A DNA stretch of 64,000 nt from Octopus vulgaris (lineage: Eukaryota). The first letter of the stretch is position 1. Each line of letters starts with the position of its first letter. A program made the translations under genes and the position numbers. Below the pieces are notes generated by a model, which saw only the letters and a list, made by a program, of their open reading frames with translations, had not been told where the DNA came from and searched no databases. Positions 1-15,490 of the stretch are shown here, piece after piece. The stretch lies in contig OX597822.1 in assembly GCA_951406725.2 (NCBI GenBank), forward strand, positions 40,238,001-40,302,000, read 5' to 3'.

Positions 1-666
1 TATGTGGTGGTCTCAACAAGTTTTTACAAACTAGTTTTTACAAACTAGTTTTTACAAGCACAGTAAACATTTTAATATTGTCCTCTTCTAAATTAATCAT
101 TGACCTCAAACAGAATTTTTGTTAAATTTCCACTCATAAAACAGCCATAAAAATAGAAATCGTAAAATATGATATACCCAAAAGCTGACACCCAAATATG
201 TAATTATTAAGCTCTAAGATACAGTAATAGTACAACAGAGAGATTCACCCGAATTCCATGTAACTAATTATTATTAATGAAGGAATTGTACACATGCAAT
301 AAATTGTTAAGTATGTAAGTCATAAGAAATGAATAACAGCAGTGTGATATACCAGATTTTAATGAATATATGATCTCTGTTATATGTACTCAGTGGATTT
401 TTGAACGTAGAAAAGGGAGCACCTCCTCTGTTCTAAACATGGCCGATTTTGCAGAAGGAAAAAAGGGCAATCGTTTTCAGGTCCAGTCTGATATTTTATA
501 ACTCCGATAGGAGCTTTTATCCTTTTATGTAGTATAAGCTAAAGTTGGTCTTGGCAGGATTTGAAAACTCATTGTACAGTAGGTCAGGAAGACTACTGAA
601 AATATTCCATTTGATGCTCAAACGTCTTTTGTCAATACACTTCAAGCATGCAGAATAGTAGTGGGT

Positions 667-832
667 CTCCGCCGTTCGGCGACGAGGATTGTGGTGTTCT
701 ATCAACTAAGTTAAGCTGAATTAACATTTAAATCGCTGAGTATTCCTAAGTATTCGGTACTCTTGAAGTGAATCTCAGGTTGAATCAGCGGGACGCTGTA
801 TGACAAAGTAGCAGTTACTGAATTACAAGTAC
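667..832 (-). mobile_element. Old tail-type-1 fragment
   Basis: ctccgccgttcggcgacgagg...ctgagtattcc...gaatcagcgggac, a diverged match to other tail-1 copies. Confidence 0.55.
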
Positions 833-1237
833 AATCTCTCGAAAGACCCTCACTACAGTTTCCATCTACCCAAAATCACTGAAGGTACAGGTCGAACTGC
901 AACATGGAACTGAACATGGTATGTCACGGCTGCGAAACGAACTTCTTAACCATTCAGCCATATTGCACTAACCAGCAGGCACAGATTTTGTATGGCTATA
1001 TATATATATATATATATATACATATGCATGTTTGGTTTTGCGTGTGTGGTAAATATTTTACATTGAAATGCTTTTGAATGTTGTGTTTCACATATTCACC
1101 AGATGAAAATGTTTTTTTTTTCTTTCTAATGATGTAATGTCTCTATTAATCGATTTAAAAAATCGTTAGAAACAGCTGTAGTGAATTGACTCCTTATACA
1201 TATATCTTGTTACCATTACTATCATACTACCTCCAGA

Positions 1238-1448
1238 AAATGGCAAGCTGACAGTCGTTAGCCTGCTGGGCAATATGCTTAGCAGCATTTCTTCCGTTTT
1301 TACGTTGTGGGTTCAAATTCCGCCAGGGTCAATTTTGCTGTTCATCCATCCGGGGGCGATAAAATAAGAACCCAAATGAGCACTGAGTCGGTGTAATCGA
1401 TTCATCCTCTGTTCTGAAATTGCTGACCTCGTGCCAAAATTTGAAACT
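1238..1448 (+). mobile_element. SINE-B variant with alternative tail (gtgccaaaatttgaaac)
   Basis: ggttcaaattccgccagggtcaattttgctgttcatccatccgggggcgataaaataag. Confidence 0.8.
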
Positions 1449-1735
1449 GATATACAACCTCATAAATAACCTGTGCAGCAAGTTCACATTGTTGAATTGA
1501 CTGACATCCTTGAACTCATTGCTTCAACTTTCTTTTAAATGCAAACACTGCACTACCATTTGCATATCGGCCATCCCTCTCGCTCTCTATTTCCTACCCC
1601 GTGTCTTATACATGCGAGCAAGAAAAACTGGATAGCGACTGAGTGACTCACTAGCTTCATACAAATTAATATATTTTTGAACAAGTATTGAGTACTGTTT
1701 GTCTTGCGGGTCAAATTTACAAAAAGGTGGCTTTA

Positions 1736-1789
<54 letters not shown>

Positions 1790-2852
1790 TACAAACTCGC
1801 CTACTCGCATATACACAAATACAAACACTCGCACGTACTTATGGATCTTTGTGTATGAAGGTGTGTTTAATGAAATGTAGCTGATCTGTAGAAATATGTT
1901 AAGCATGTTTTCAGTATAATACGCAGCACTCTTTGAATAGCATTTGTTCGTGTCTGAAGATCTTGACGAAGAGTGAAGTGCCTTCAAATGGCTGTGTAAA
2001 GTGATCCATGACGCTGGAAGGTTATCTTCTAGGCTCTGCTTAATAGTTTCAAAGTGAAAGTCAGCCCGCACAATCCAATATTTAGATGTCGAGGTCCGAC
2101 CACAGTGGTTCAGCAGGCAAAAACGGCTGCGGTGACCAGTTAGCTATAGGGTTTTACATGGGAGTGCCCTTCATCAAAGCAAATTGCCTTACAAGTCTCT
2201 AGACATCCACCTACTCTGGAGTAGCTGGAAGGTTGTCAAAGAAGGCATCAGGCCGCTTGCGGGTCTCAACTACATGACCTGCAACCGAGGATAACTCCGC
2301 AGTCTTGTTTCAGGGTATTCACAAGTGTTTGGAGATTGTTCTTTTACTCGCTAATTAATCAATAGTTGTGATTCTGACAAGTGCTACTACTCTCCGAATC
2401 AGAGTAGATCTGGTAAGAGTAGTGGTTAACGGATGGTTCCACACACTCTACAAAATCCTGGCAATTTTGAACCAGGACCCAACAACCAGAAGCAGTTTAA
2501 AGTCATTGTATGAGTATGATACATGTATCTATGTATGACGGACAGAAACTGAAAATACACTTTAAGGAAATGTATTTAAAATTTCCCAACCGGTTTCATT
2601 ATTTTCATGATTATCATGATTTTTCAAAAGTAGTGAAAACATATCCCTTTCCATTTCTCTTATTTTACTCCTTTAATGCTTCTCTTTCTTCTGATTATCG
2701 AATAAGGTACGAAACGTTAAGGCACATTCTCTTTTTTTTTAATGCCTCGGTCTAACACTCATACTTGGCAATCTTTAATCTTCCTGTGCTGCTTTTTAAA
2801 ATACATACAAATGGCCGCAGTCAAATGACTTCACACAATATAAAAAATAAAA

Positions 2853-2888
<36 letters not shown>

Positions 2889-3037
2889 GAGAGAGAGAGA
2901 GAGTGTGTGGGTGTTATCAGTCGGTACAGTGGAGAGCTGTAATCTGAAATTAGATATGTTATTTTTGGTTGTTGGTTCGCTTCCATCAAAGATCAAGCGA
3001 TGCGCTAGTATAAGCGCAGTGTAATGACTGAAACCGG

Positions 3038-3075
<38 letters not shown>

Positions 3076-3249
3076 CAATTGCAGCGTGGATTGTGTTTAT
3101 AAGCCAGTTAGAAACACACAGAAACCGTTAGATTCACTTCAACATTTAAATCTAATTTGCCAAAATATTTCCGTTGCTTTGAGACTGCGACCAGCTCACT
3201 AACAAAATTCCGTGCTGCACACACACACACACACGTGTGTGTGTGTAGT

Positions 3250-3455
3250 TCAAATTTACAGAAAACAAAAGACGAAGACAGGTGTTGGAGCAACAAGCTG
3301 GTGTATTAGTTTAACGCTCGGGAAGAATGAAAAGGTCTTTTACGTATAAAGCCTACGTTCTTCGACAGAAAGGATTAAGAGGCGGGGGGCGGGGAAAGAA
3401 TGAAAACAGACGGAGAAAGAAAAGCACGTGTTGGGGTTAACGGTTTAACATGACG
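3250..3455 (-). mobile_element. Short PLE-type repeat (family H), decayed
   Basis: aaaagacgaagacaggtg...gtattagtttaacgctcgggaa...cttttacgt aligns with 60600-60790. Confidence 0.6.
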
Positions 3456-4544
3456 ATCGAATATTATAAATTTATACACACAGTCAACGAAAGGGAAATT
3501 GATCTGAATCACATAAAAACATGAGGGTTTAGAGTAAAATACGGTGTAGGCTTGTGAAATCTACACACGAAAATACAAACACACAGGGAAAGAAATACAG
3601 AGAGTCTGGGAGAGAGAGAGAGAGAGGCGTAAGAACAATGGCATGTAAATATAGATGCTGGTGACGCAATGAACGAAGCGGGGGCGAAAGAGCAAGGAGC
3701 GAGCAAAACGTTATAGTTGTTTGTGATGGGGGAGGGCAATAAATATGACAACACCGGCAGCAATAGCCATTACGACCGGAAGCTACAAAAGTTACGTCCG
3801 GTTGCGTGTGTTTAATAGGTTCTCAATAGGACATGAAACAACCATCGCAAACCTCACAATGAATGAAGTGAACGTAAAACCACTTGTACTGTCAAGGGGA
3901 TTTGACAAATCTCCCAAAGATCTTGTCATTATATGATATGCCAGCATCTCAAACGTCACCACCACCACTGACTCATTCACCGCTGTTAACACGCACTATC
4001 ACCCTCGCCTACTTTACTAAAACTATCACCACTACCACCACCACCAGTAATCTAGCATGTGTGTGTGTCTGTGTGAAGGAGTGCTGAAAAGTTCCTGGCT
4101 TTGGGCAATAGAGAATGTAAGAGGATCAGCCAATTATGATTTTATTCGACATATTCCCCTCTCAGTTTCACACACTTATAGCAGCGGTCCTTCACATTCT
4201 ATTTCCTGGAAGAAATCGACTGCAGGTAAACTTGGGGAGGAATGGTCTCCGTTATGTCTAAAAGAATCCAAGACACGTTATATGTCACAATGGCACCTAT
4301 GTGATTCTATCATGGAGTTGAAGACCGAAAGCAACGCAAAGAATCTATACATACATACATGTATGTATGTATCGACGCATGTGGATGCATGCTTGTATGT
4401 ATCTGTGTATGCGTGCAGACATGTGCGTGAATGTAATTATGTAAGCATGCACGTATATATATAATTATTTCCTTATCTGTATCTTTCAATACATCTCAAC
4501 GCTTCTAAAGCAAACTTTGTCGACTTTCAACGCAAGTTCAATTT

Positions 4545-4592
<48 letters not shown>

Positions 4593-5586
4593 GTACTGAA
4601 CCGTGAAAATTCAAGAAAAAAGTACTCCATCTGGTGAAAGATAAATATTATCTAAAGGTCACAATACATGTATTAAAGTGCTGCTAGGAGTTTCATGTGT
4701 CGAGAGACCTCACATCTTCTTCAGGCGCAAACGACATATAATGAACTGAAGAAATTCAATAAATAAAACGAACGCGATGAAGTTGAGAAGGCAGCATACA
4801 GAAAACGCAGACAGTATATATGCACATATGCATGTATATAAGGATGTATTTATGTGTGTGTATATATATGTGTGTGTGTATGTGTTATCATTTATATACA
4901 TATATATGCATGTATATATATGTATATATACATATGAAGTTGTGCATGTATGTATGTGTATGTATATATGTATGTATGCATGTATTTATATGTATGCATG
5001 TGTGTTTATGTATGTATATATGTATATATATGCAAGTGTGCTTATGTTGCATATGTATATATATATATATGCATGCATATGTGTGTATGTATATATACAT
5101 ATAAGTATGCGTGTGTGTATGCCTGCGTGTATCTATGTATGTATGTTATATACTTGTATGATTGTGTATATATGTGTATGAATCTCTACATCCCGAAATT
5201 CCAAACATATTTTGCATAAATCTATAGAATATAACACAAATATATACATCTATATATTTCCAATGGTGGCGTCTGTATTGATCGTTAAGAATTCCTGTAT
5301 CGCTTCAGGTGGTGTCACGCGATTATCATAATACAACAGAACCATTTAGGGATTTGTAATAGTTCCCTTTAGGGGTTACTACATTGCTATCCTTAGTCAT
5401 CAATTTATCAATAGGTGGCGCTGAGGTATTCAATGAAGTCGGTCAGGTTAAATGAGTGTATTACAGAACGACTTTCGTAGTGGTGGTGGTACTGCTGGTA
5501 GTAGTGGTTGCTGTGGTAGTGGTGATAGTAGTAGTAATCGTTGTGGGATGAGGATATCGGTGTTTGTAGAATTATTAGCGCATCTA

Positions 5587-6025
5587 CTCTTTTATTCTTT
5601 TACCTGTTTGACTGCGGCAATGCTGGAGCGCCACCTTGAAGGACTTTCCTCGAACAAATTGACTTAAGGACTTATGTTCTAAGCCTAGTACTTATTCTAT
5701 CGGTGTCTTTTGCCGAACTACTATGTTACAGAAACATAGACACCTCGGGCCGACCAAAACCTTGTGAGTGGATTTGGTAGACGGAAACTGAAAGAAGCCC
5801 GTCGTATATGTGTGTGTGTGTTTGTGTTTCTGTGTTTGTCCCCTCAACTTCGCTTGACAACCGATGCTGGTGTGTTTACGTCCCCATAACTTAGCAGTTC
5901 GGCAAAAGAGACCGAGAGAATAAGTACTAGGCTTACAAAGAATAAGTCGTGGGGTCGATTTGCTCGACTAAAGCCGGTGCTCCAGCATGGCTGCAGTCAA
6001 ACGACTGAAACAATTAAAAGGGTAA
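5587..6025. mobile_element. Two SINE-A pieces joined back to back (minus 3' part 5587-5744, plus 5743-6025)
   Basis: Both match the SINE-A 3' half in opposite orientations. Confidence 0.85.
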
Positions 6026-6475
6026 ACAATAAAATCTAATTTAGCTGTTATTTCTAGCATGTACGGAGTCTCTCAGTAGATTGACTGCAGCTGTAATAAC
6101 GACACGTAAATGATCTCACGGGAACAAAGCGAAAGAGAACGGGAGAGTTAGTAATGACAACAGCGTTCTGGGTACCCCACCGAAGCAACACTTAAAGACG
6201 TACCACCCAAACTGGGATACGAGGGGTGGATTTAAAAAAAGTCTAATTAAAATGTAGTTATATAATGATGATGGATTAGCAAGCGGGAAGCAGGGGCTGG
6301 GTCATAGGGAAAAAACCCCCACCAGAAATAACTAATTAAAGATGACGACAGATGAAACTGAATTTGTAGAGCTAAGAAAACTTTGTGCACACTAATTGAA
6401 ATGCAGATATGTACGAATGTGTGTGCATATATATATCTTTTCATTTCTTCTCTTTTTCATATCTTTATCCATCTT

Positions 6476-6621
6476 GTTATCTGTCTATCTATCTGTCTGT
6501 CTGTCTGTCTATCTGTCTGTCTATCTGTCTGTCTATATGTCTGTCTATCTATCTGTCTGTGTCTGTCTGTCTGTCAGTCTGTTTATCTGTCTGTCTGTTT
6601 ATCTATGTCTGTCTGTCTATA

Positions 6622-6720
<99 letters not shown>

Positions 6721-6880
6721 TTGTCTATCTGTCTGTCTGTCTATGTGTCTATCTATCTGTCTGGCTGGCTGTCTGTCTGTCTGTCTGGCTGTCTGGCTGG
6801 CTGTCTGTCTGGCTGGCTGTCTGTCTGCTTATCTTGTCCTATCATCTGTCTGTCTTTCTGGTTCTGTTTGTTTATCTGTT
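6476..6880. repeat. (TCTG)n/(TCTA)n/(GCTG)n compound microsatellite
   Basis: Direct reading. Confidence 0.95.
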
Positions 6881-7383
6881 TCTTCATATTTGTGAGAGAG
6901 TCTGCAACATAGAAAGCTAACTAGACATTCCACAATCGTTACAGTACAATACCCCTCAGCAGGGAAACATAGAAACATAACCAAAATCCATCAATGTTGA
7001 TGCTGTTTCACCCCAGGTCGGCCCTAATAAGACAGACCTATTATCATATCAAAAGCAGTCCAGCTGCGATCCCTTTCATAATAGGTACCTTTTTATCTCC
7101 TGCTCAATTCACACAAGACGGCGTTATCCCACTTGTCTTTTCTATTTCACAATAGTAGGCTGTTACTTTAGGGAGAGGTTTAGAGTATTTTTCAATTAAG
7201 TCGAGCGGCCTCATAGAGGCTCATTCATTAGCTGGCATACAAGTAACGTATCTTGGTAAAAAGGAAGGGGATTTTAAATGGAATTAACGTAAATACTGGA
7301 GGAAGCCTTTGTATCTTATGATTTCATCTGGGAAAGAGTTTAAACCATATTCTCAATAGAATCTCCCAGAATGGTTATATCAG

Positions 7384-7483
7384 NNNNNNNNNNNNNNNNN
7401 NNNNNNNNNNNNNNNNNNNNNNNNNNNNNNNNNNNNNNNNNNNNNNNNNNNNNNNNNNNNNNNNNNNNNNNNNNNNNNNNNNN
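7384..7483. other. Assembly gap (run of N)
   Basis: About 100 consecutive N. Confidence 0.99.
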
Positions 7484-7526
7484 CGTCAGCACTTAGCAAA
7501 TTCTCTCTCTCTCTCTCTCCCTCGCT

Positions 7527-7630
7527 GTATATATATATGTATATATATGTGTATATGTATATAATATATATGTATATAATATATATGTATATAATATATA
7601 TGTATATAATATATATATGTATATAATATA
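7527..7630. repeat. TA-rich minisatellite (TATATAATATATATG)n, left flank of the LINE
   Basis: Tandem 15-17 bp units read directly. Confidence 0.9.
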
Positions 7631-9484
7631 CTTCGATACTTTGATAGGTTTCGGCCATTATTGGCCCAGGCCATGTCTAACTTAATAGCACCACCTGGTG
7701 AAGTCTTTCAAGTCAGAATTTGGGCACTATGGCCCACTCAAGTAGAGAGTTATTGTTTACAGAGACATATCCGGGTGTAGGGGGTTTATCCGGGATTTCT
7801 TGAAGGAATCTGTCCAAAGACTTCTTGAACCCTATAGGGTCAGTTTCTGTTTTAATGTGTTTTGGTGTAATGTTAAAGAGAGCGGGGCCAATTGAGGTGA
7901 AATAATTGTGCCGTATTGTTGTTATGAGATGAGAGTGCGATTTTTGTTTTGGGCGGATGGCACGGCGCCCAAGCCTAGGATGTACCCTAAAGGTGATGCC
8001 AACATCATTTGGGCAATGCTGATGGAATATTTTCCACATCATGCAGATGATGTAGCGCTCACGACGACGTTGGAGAGAATAGAGTTTTAGCTTTTCTAGT
8101 CAACCCCAATAGTCGAGGCCTGTCATGCCATCTATCTTTTTTGTGATTGCCCTTTGAGGTGCTTCAACTTTTATGATACCTTGTATTGTGTGGGGAGACC
8201 ACAGTGGACAACAGTATTCAAGGTGGGGTCGGGCAAAAGTGGAGAAGAGAAGGATAATGGTGTGGATATCTCTCGACTGGAAAGTTCTGAGAATCCAGGA
8301 ACACATTCTGCGGGCCATGTCAACTTTGGTGTTTATATGAGTGGCCCAGCTTATGTTGTTGTCCACAATTACTCCCAAGTCTCTGATGTTGTTGGACGCC
8401 GCGAGAGTTTCACCTGAAGGAAGGGAGTATGGGAGTTTCAGGGCATCCTCTTTTCCAAAGTGGATTAACTCAAATTTATCCTCGTTCAGCAGCATATTGT
8501 TTTTTTCTGCCCATTGGATAACAGCCAGTAGATCTGACTGAAGGCATGTCCGGTCACTCGCCTCATTTATGACCTTCTGTAGCTTGGAGTCATCTGCAAA
8601 GATTTTTATGTTGCTGTGCTTGATGATGTCATTAATGTCATTAATGTAAATGATGAAAAGAAGTGGGCCCAGCACAGTGCCTTGCGGAACGCCACTACTG
8701 ACTTTGGCTGGGCTTGATTTTACCCCTTCAACTACAACATGTTGAGATCTGTCTGTCAGGAAACACTTGATCCATTTCAGTAACTTTCCAGAGACACCAA
8801 TGTTGGATAGTTTTTTCAATAGGATCTTGTGATCGACCCTGTCGAAGGCCTTACTGAAATCAAGGTAGATGACATCGGTGTTGGAGCCCTCTCCCAAAGC
8901 TCTCAAAATGTCCTCAAAGTGATGCAGGAGCTGCGTTAGGCAGTCCCTTCCATTACGGAACCCATGTTGGTTGGAGATCAGCCGTCTGTTACTTTCCAGA
9001 AATTGGGTTATTCGAGATCTCACCACCCTCTCAAATACCTTGATGATATGAGAGGTGAGTGAGATCGGACGGTAATTCACTGCAAGGGACTTGTTTCCCT
9101 TTTTGAAAACTGGGACAGAAGGTTTTTTGGAATATAGCCAGCATCCAGTGAGTTTCTCCACAGATTAGCAAGGGGAGATGCAAGTTGGTGTCGACACACC
9201 TTCAGGACACAAGCAGGGAACCTATCGGGGCCTACTGCTGAATTGTGTTTTATTTCGTTTATCGCCGCTAAGACATCAGGGGCACTAAACGTTATGTCCG
9301 ATATAGTGTGTTGGGGGTTGACATCACTGATACAGCCCAGATCGGCCATATCAGGATTGCTGAAAACAGAGCAGTATTGTTTCTGCAGTATCTCGGCCAT
9401 GGATTTGGCGTTATCTTGAAGAGTGCCAGTTTCATCAATTAGAGGGCCAACAATGGAGACAGTGACCCTGCGTTTCCTCGCAAA

Positions 9485-9485
<1 letters not shown>
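7629..9485 (-). mobile_element. 5'-truncated CR1-group non-LTR retrotransposon (LINE): RT-encoding part of ORF2 plus 3' UTR
   Basis: RT motifs NYRPISLTS, QHGFR, YLDFSKAFDRV, GVPQGTVLGPLLF, FADDSK. C-terminus FKKSLDRFLQEIPD. 3' UTR hairpin ggcca-ataa-tggcc and short tail repeat (atcaaagt/atcgaagt). Both ends abut TA satellite. Confidence 0.93.
7713..9485 (-). pseudogene. Disrupted reverse transcriptase ORF of the LINE
   Basis: Frame ...[16 protein letters not shown] shifts near 9115-9125 into PVFKKG...DYWG. In-frame TGA at 8100-8102 (probably CGA originally) is followed in the same frame by LEKLKLYSLQRRRERYIICMMWKIF, ending at 7713. Confidence 0.9.
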
Positions 9486-11835
<2,350 letters not shown>

Positions 11836-11865
11836 GGCACACACACACGCATATTTTTAAAAATC

Positions 11866-12322
11866 TTTTACTTCTTTCAATCAGAGGGTGCGGCCATTCT
11901 GGTGCACAAACCTGAAGGGTTTAGTCGAACAAATCAACCCGAGTACTTTAGTGATTTTAAAGTTTGGTACTTATTCTATCTGCTTCCTTTACCGCTAAGT
12001 TATGGGGACGTAAACGAACCAATACCGGTTGGCAATGGGTGGTGAAAGGCACACACACTTATCCTATATATATATATATATAAGGAAGAGGAGAGAGATT
12101 CATTCTCATCCAAATCTTTTTTATTCAAAAGTTTTCTGCCGCATGTATAACACTGACCTATATATATTTCGACTGCAGCGACTGCATATTGCTCTGCTTG
12201 CATCCTAGTCGGTGTAATTTCATCAAGGGTCTAACAAATCCACTCACAAACCCATGGCTATAGTACAATACACTTGCCAAAGGTACCACAAACTAGAAAT
12301 GAACCTGGAACTATCAGGTTAG
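11866..12322 (-). mobile_element. SINE-A, decayed and interrupted
   Basis: accgctaagttatggggacgtaaac...aaatccactcacaa...acacttgccaaaggtaccac. Confidence 0.75.
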
Positions 12323-12419
12323 GAATCAAATTTTTTTACGACATAGCCAAACTTTAACTGAAGATGTACATAATACAATGGTACTCTCACACATCGACAC
12401 GCACACACACAATAGGCAA

Positions 12420-12660
12420 TTTCTTTCTTTCTTTTTTCTTTCTTTTTTTCTTCTTTTTTTTCTTTCTTTCTTTCTTTCTTTCCACCTCTCTTTCTTTCCT
12501 CTTTGTCGTTTCAATTTATTTTCCTCCTTTCTTTCTTTTCCTCCTCTCTTTCTTTTCCACCTCTTTTCTTCCTTCTCTCTTTCTCTCTCTCTTTCCTCCT
12601 TTTTCTCATTTTCCTTTTTTTTTCTTTCTTTCTTTCGTTCTTCATTCTTTTATCTCTCTA
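12420..12660. repeat. Polypyrimidine (CT-rich) tract
   Basis: About 240 bp of almost only C and T. Confidence 0.9.
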
Positions 12661-13056
12661 TTTATTCTTGCAGCTGTCATTCTATGTAATTAAAATTCAC
12701 TTCCAACTCTGCCGTGACGTTAACTTACTATAACGTACCCACTCCAGCATCTTCCACCCGTCTATAACTACACCTGTCTACCAAGGTACCTTCAGTTCTC
12801 ATCCCTACCACCAGCTGTGTCTATATTCACCATAACCACCGCCACCAGTATCGACGCCATCATTACAATGCACAACAATAACAACGATTTCAATATCACT
12901 ACCTATCGTTACCAACCCTTAATGTGTGTGTGTGTGTGTGTGTGTGAAAAATAGAGGAGAAAAAAAAACAACTCCACAATACCCCTGGTAGCTACCACCC
13001 TTATATATTATTTTCTTCTTTCACTAATCACCTCTCTGCTACAACAGTCTACCCAA

Positions 13057-13089
<33 letters not shown>

Positions 13090-13319
13090 AAAACAAGCAA
13101 AGGTGTTGACAGCGCATTGATACCCACGCATTTGTCTCATTTCAAAACCTCAATAGATCAAAAGAAAAACAAATAAGACCTGGTTTTTAACCTGTGCTGT
13201 GTAGTGTGACCTATATTATGATCCAGCTAAAGGAAAGAAAGAGGTTAAGTAACCGGCCCTATCATCATTGGATGATGTAAACAGTGTTACACATAACACT
13301 GTTTAAACTTACACACACA

Positions 13320-13358
<39 letters not shown>

Positions 13359-13635
13359 CACACACACATTCGTTTAATCTCGTACTGTAGCGTAACTGTT
13401 TATATGGGCTTGTGTATATATGGAAGTATGTTCCAGTTCTTTTCCTTTACGTCAGTTATACTCTAGCAGATTTTGATCAAAGCTGTTCTGTTTGTGACAA
13501 TTCTGTCAAAATCTTAAGTACAATACAACTAGACTTCACATTACATTTTTGTTAAGGTAAGATCAACAAAAAGTACTCCATCTGGTGAGAAATAAATATT
13601 GTTTAATGTGCACAGTGTATAGCTAAGAACAACTT

Positions 13636-13704
13636 TCTATCTATCTATCTACCTACCTACCTATCTATCTACCTACCTACCTATCTGTCTACCTACCTAC
13701 CTAC

Positions 13705-13767
<63 letters not shown>
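13636..13767. repeat. (CTAT)n/(CTAC)n microsatellite
   Basis: Direct reading. Confidence 0.95.
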
Positions 13768-14106
13768 ACATGTATCTGAGAGAAAGACAGTGTCTCAGGA
13801 GACAGCCGATAACCCTTCTTTGACCAATGCTCCTCTACCATTCTTTATTAAATAAATAAACGCCAACATATTTGTTTCTCTTCAGCAAAATCTGATTTAG
13901 AAAACTTGTTTAGAAATAAACATGTTATCACCAGAAATGCTGGCGACAATCTATTTTGGTTAAGCAAAGATTTCATTCCTTGTAGATAAAGAAATGCACG
14001 TTCGCGGATGGACACCAATCAAACGAATCGTTAATGTGTTTTTGTGCTTAAACTCCAGACAAATCGGAATAAAACTTCGTAGTATATTTTTTCGCGATTA
14101 TTCAAG

Positions 14107-14160
<54 letters not shown>

Positions 14161-14239
14161 CTGGTAGATGCTTTTTAAAAGGTTTCTCAGTAAACGCTAG
14201 ACATATTTTAGGGAAGACCATGTCTACAGGAGTATATAT

Positions 14240-14456
14240 TGATTTCAAATTTTGGCTCAGGGCCAGCAATTGCAGGTGGGTATCTAGTCGATTACATCGA
14301 CCCCCAATACTCAACTGATACTTATTTTATCGACGCCGAAAGAATGGAAGGCAAAGTCTACCCTGGTGACATTTGAACTCAAATCATAAGGTCGGAAGAA
14401 ATTCCACTAAACCTTTTTGCCCAACACGGTAACAATTCTGCCAGCTCGCCGCCTTA
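14240..14456 (-). mobile_element. SINE-B variant with alternative tail
   Basis: gattacatcgacccc...atttgaactc...ctgccagctcgccgcctt. Confidence 0.82.
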
Positions 14457-15099
14457 ACATGAGAGAATATTGCGCAACGAAATTGTTTGAAAGACGAAAA
14501 CCAATCCTAGAAGGGTAGGAATAAAACATCGCAATTACGTAAGAGACAAATATTTGCTTTGGCTAAGCAAGATGTCTCCAATTTCTTTTTCATATGTATG
14601 CTATGATTCTAGTATTAAAACATAAAACTTCTTTACACGGTGTGTTTACTGGAAAAAAGTTTATAATACTTATAATCAAAGGGGAAGTGTCTGTAAATTG
14701 TATTCAGAAAACCTCTAACAACATAAGATCGAATGTTTAGAATATTATATGGATTACACCATAAAAATATTTTTCCTATTTTTGCAGTTATAGATATCGC
14801 TAATATTTTATGTAATAAATTTTCTTCTCGAAGCCTCTCTTTCTAAGGTATCATCATTGTAAAGCAGAAATAAAGAAAACGTAACCGATGTGTGCACCAC
14901 ACTTTTGTTTACTAATACTCCTCTAGATATGTTTTAAAATTGCGAAAGAATTGCTGTAGTATTTACTAATGGAGCTAAATGTTTTGCATTTTATAGAATT
15001 TAAAGTAATGTGAAAAAGATTAGTGACATTAAGTTTATTCCTTTAAATATATCGATGAAATCTCTTCAAAAACTATCTAATTCATATAACATAATAAAT

Positions 15100-15173
<74 letters not shown>

Positions 15174-15455
15174 CCATTATTATTTATATAAAACATGGTG
15201 TATTGAGTGAAATCTTTACATAAGTCAATCTGATTTACAAAGTTATATGCACTCGCATATTTCAGATGTTTCATATTTTCCTTTAGAAACCTCAAGCAAT
15301 TATAACATACATACAAACATAATGCGCACATACTATGTGTGTGTGTGTGTGTGTGTGTGTGGCGAACAACAGAGAAGCTGGAAAACAGGAAAGCAACAAG
15401 ATTAGTTCACGATGAAAATTGTTAGTTTGGCTCTCAGACAAAACAGAAAGATTTA

Positions 15456-15490
15456 CCATGACGTTTCGAATATCATCCTTCTTCAGAAAA
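15456..15490 (-). ncRNA. Minimal hammerhead ribozyme-like motif
   Basis: CTGAAGA-A-ggat-gat-attc-GAAA-CG-TC. Stem I poor. Confidence 0.45.

Noticed and set aside
17-58. 14 bp tandem triplication (tagtttttacaaac), and a 23 bp duplication at 28237-28290
   Set aside because: Ordinary local slippage duplications.
517-705. 62 aa ORF
   Set aside because: Starts within an old SINE tail fragment; no convincing homology.
3745-4464. Short plus-strand ORFs near an ETS-like accggaag motif
   Set aside because: No recognisable domain or consistent splice structure, and partly microsatellite.
4710-5219. Overlapping Y/I/M/C/V-rich ORFs here and at 6383-6920, 15866-16159, 34362-35118, 39776-40315 and 46458-47004
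   Set aside because: Microsatellite-derived, open in several frames, with no domain content.
7645-7675. ggcca-ataa-tggcc-GAAAC as a hammerhead
   Set aside because: No CUGANGA upstream; better explained as the LINE 3' UTR stem-loop.
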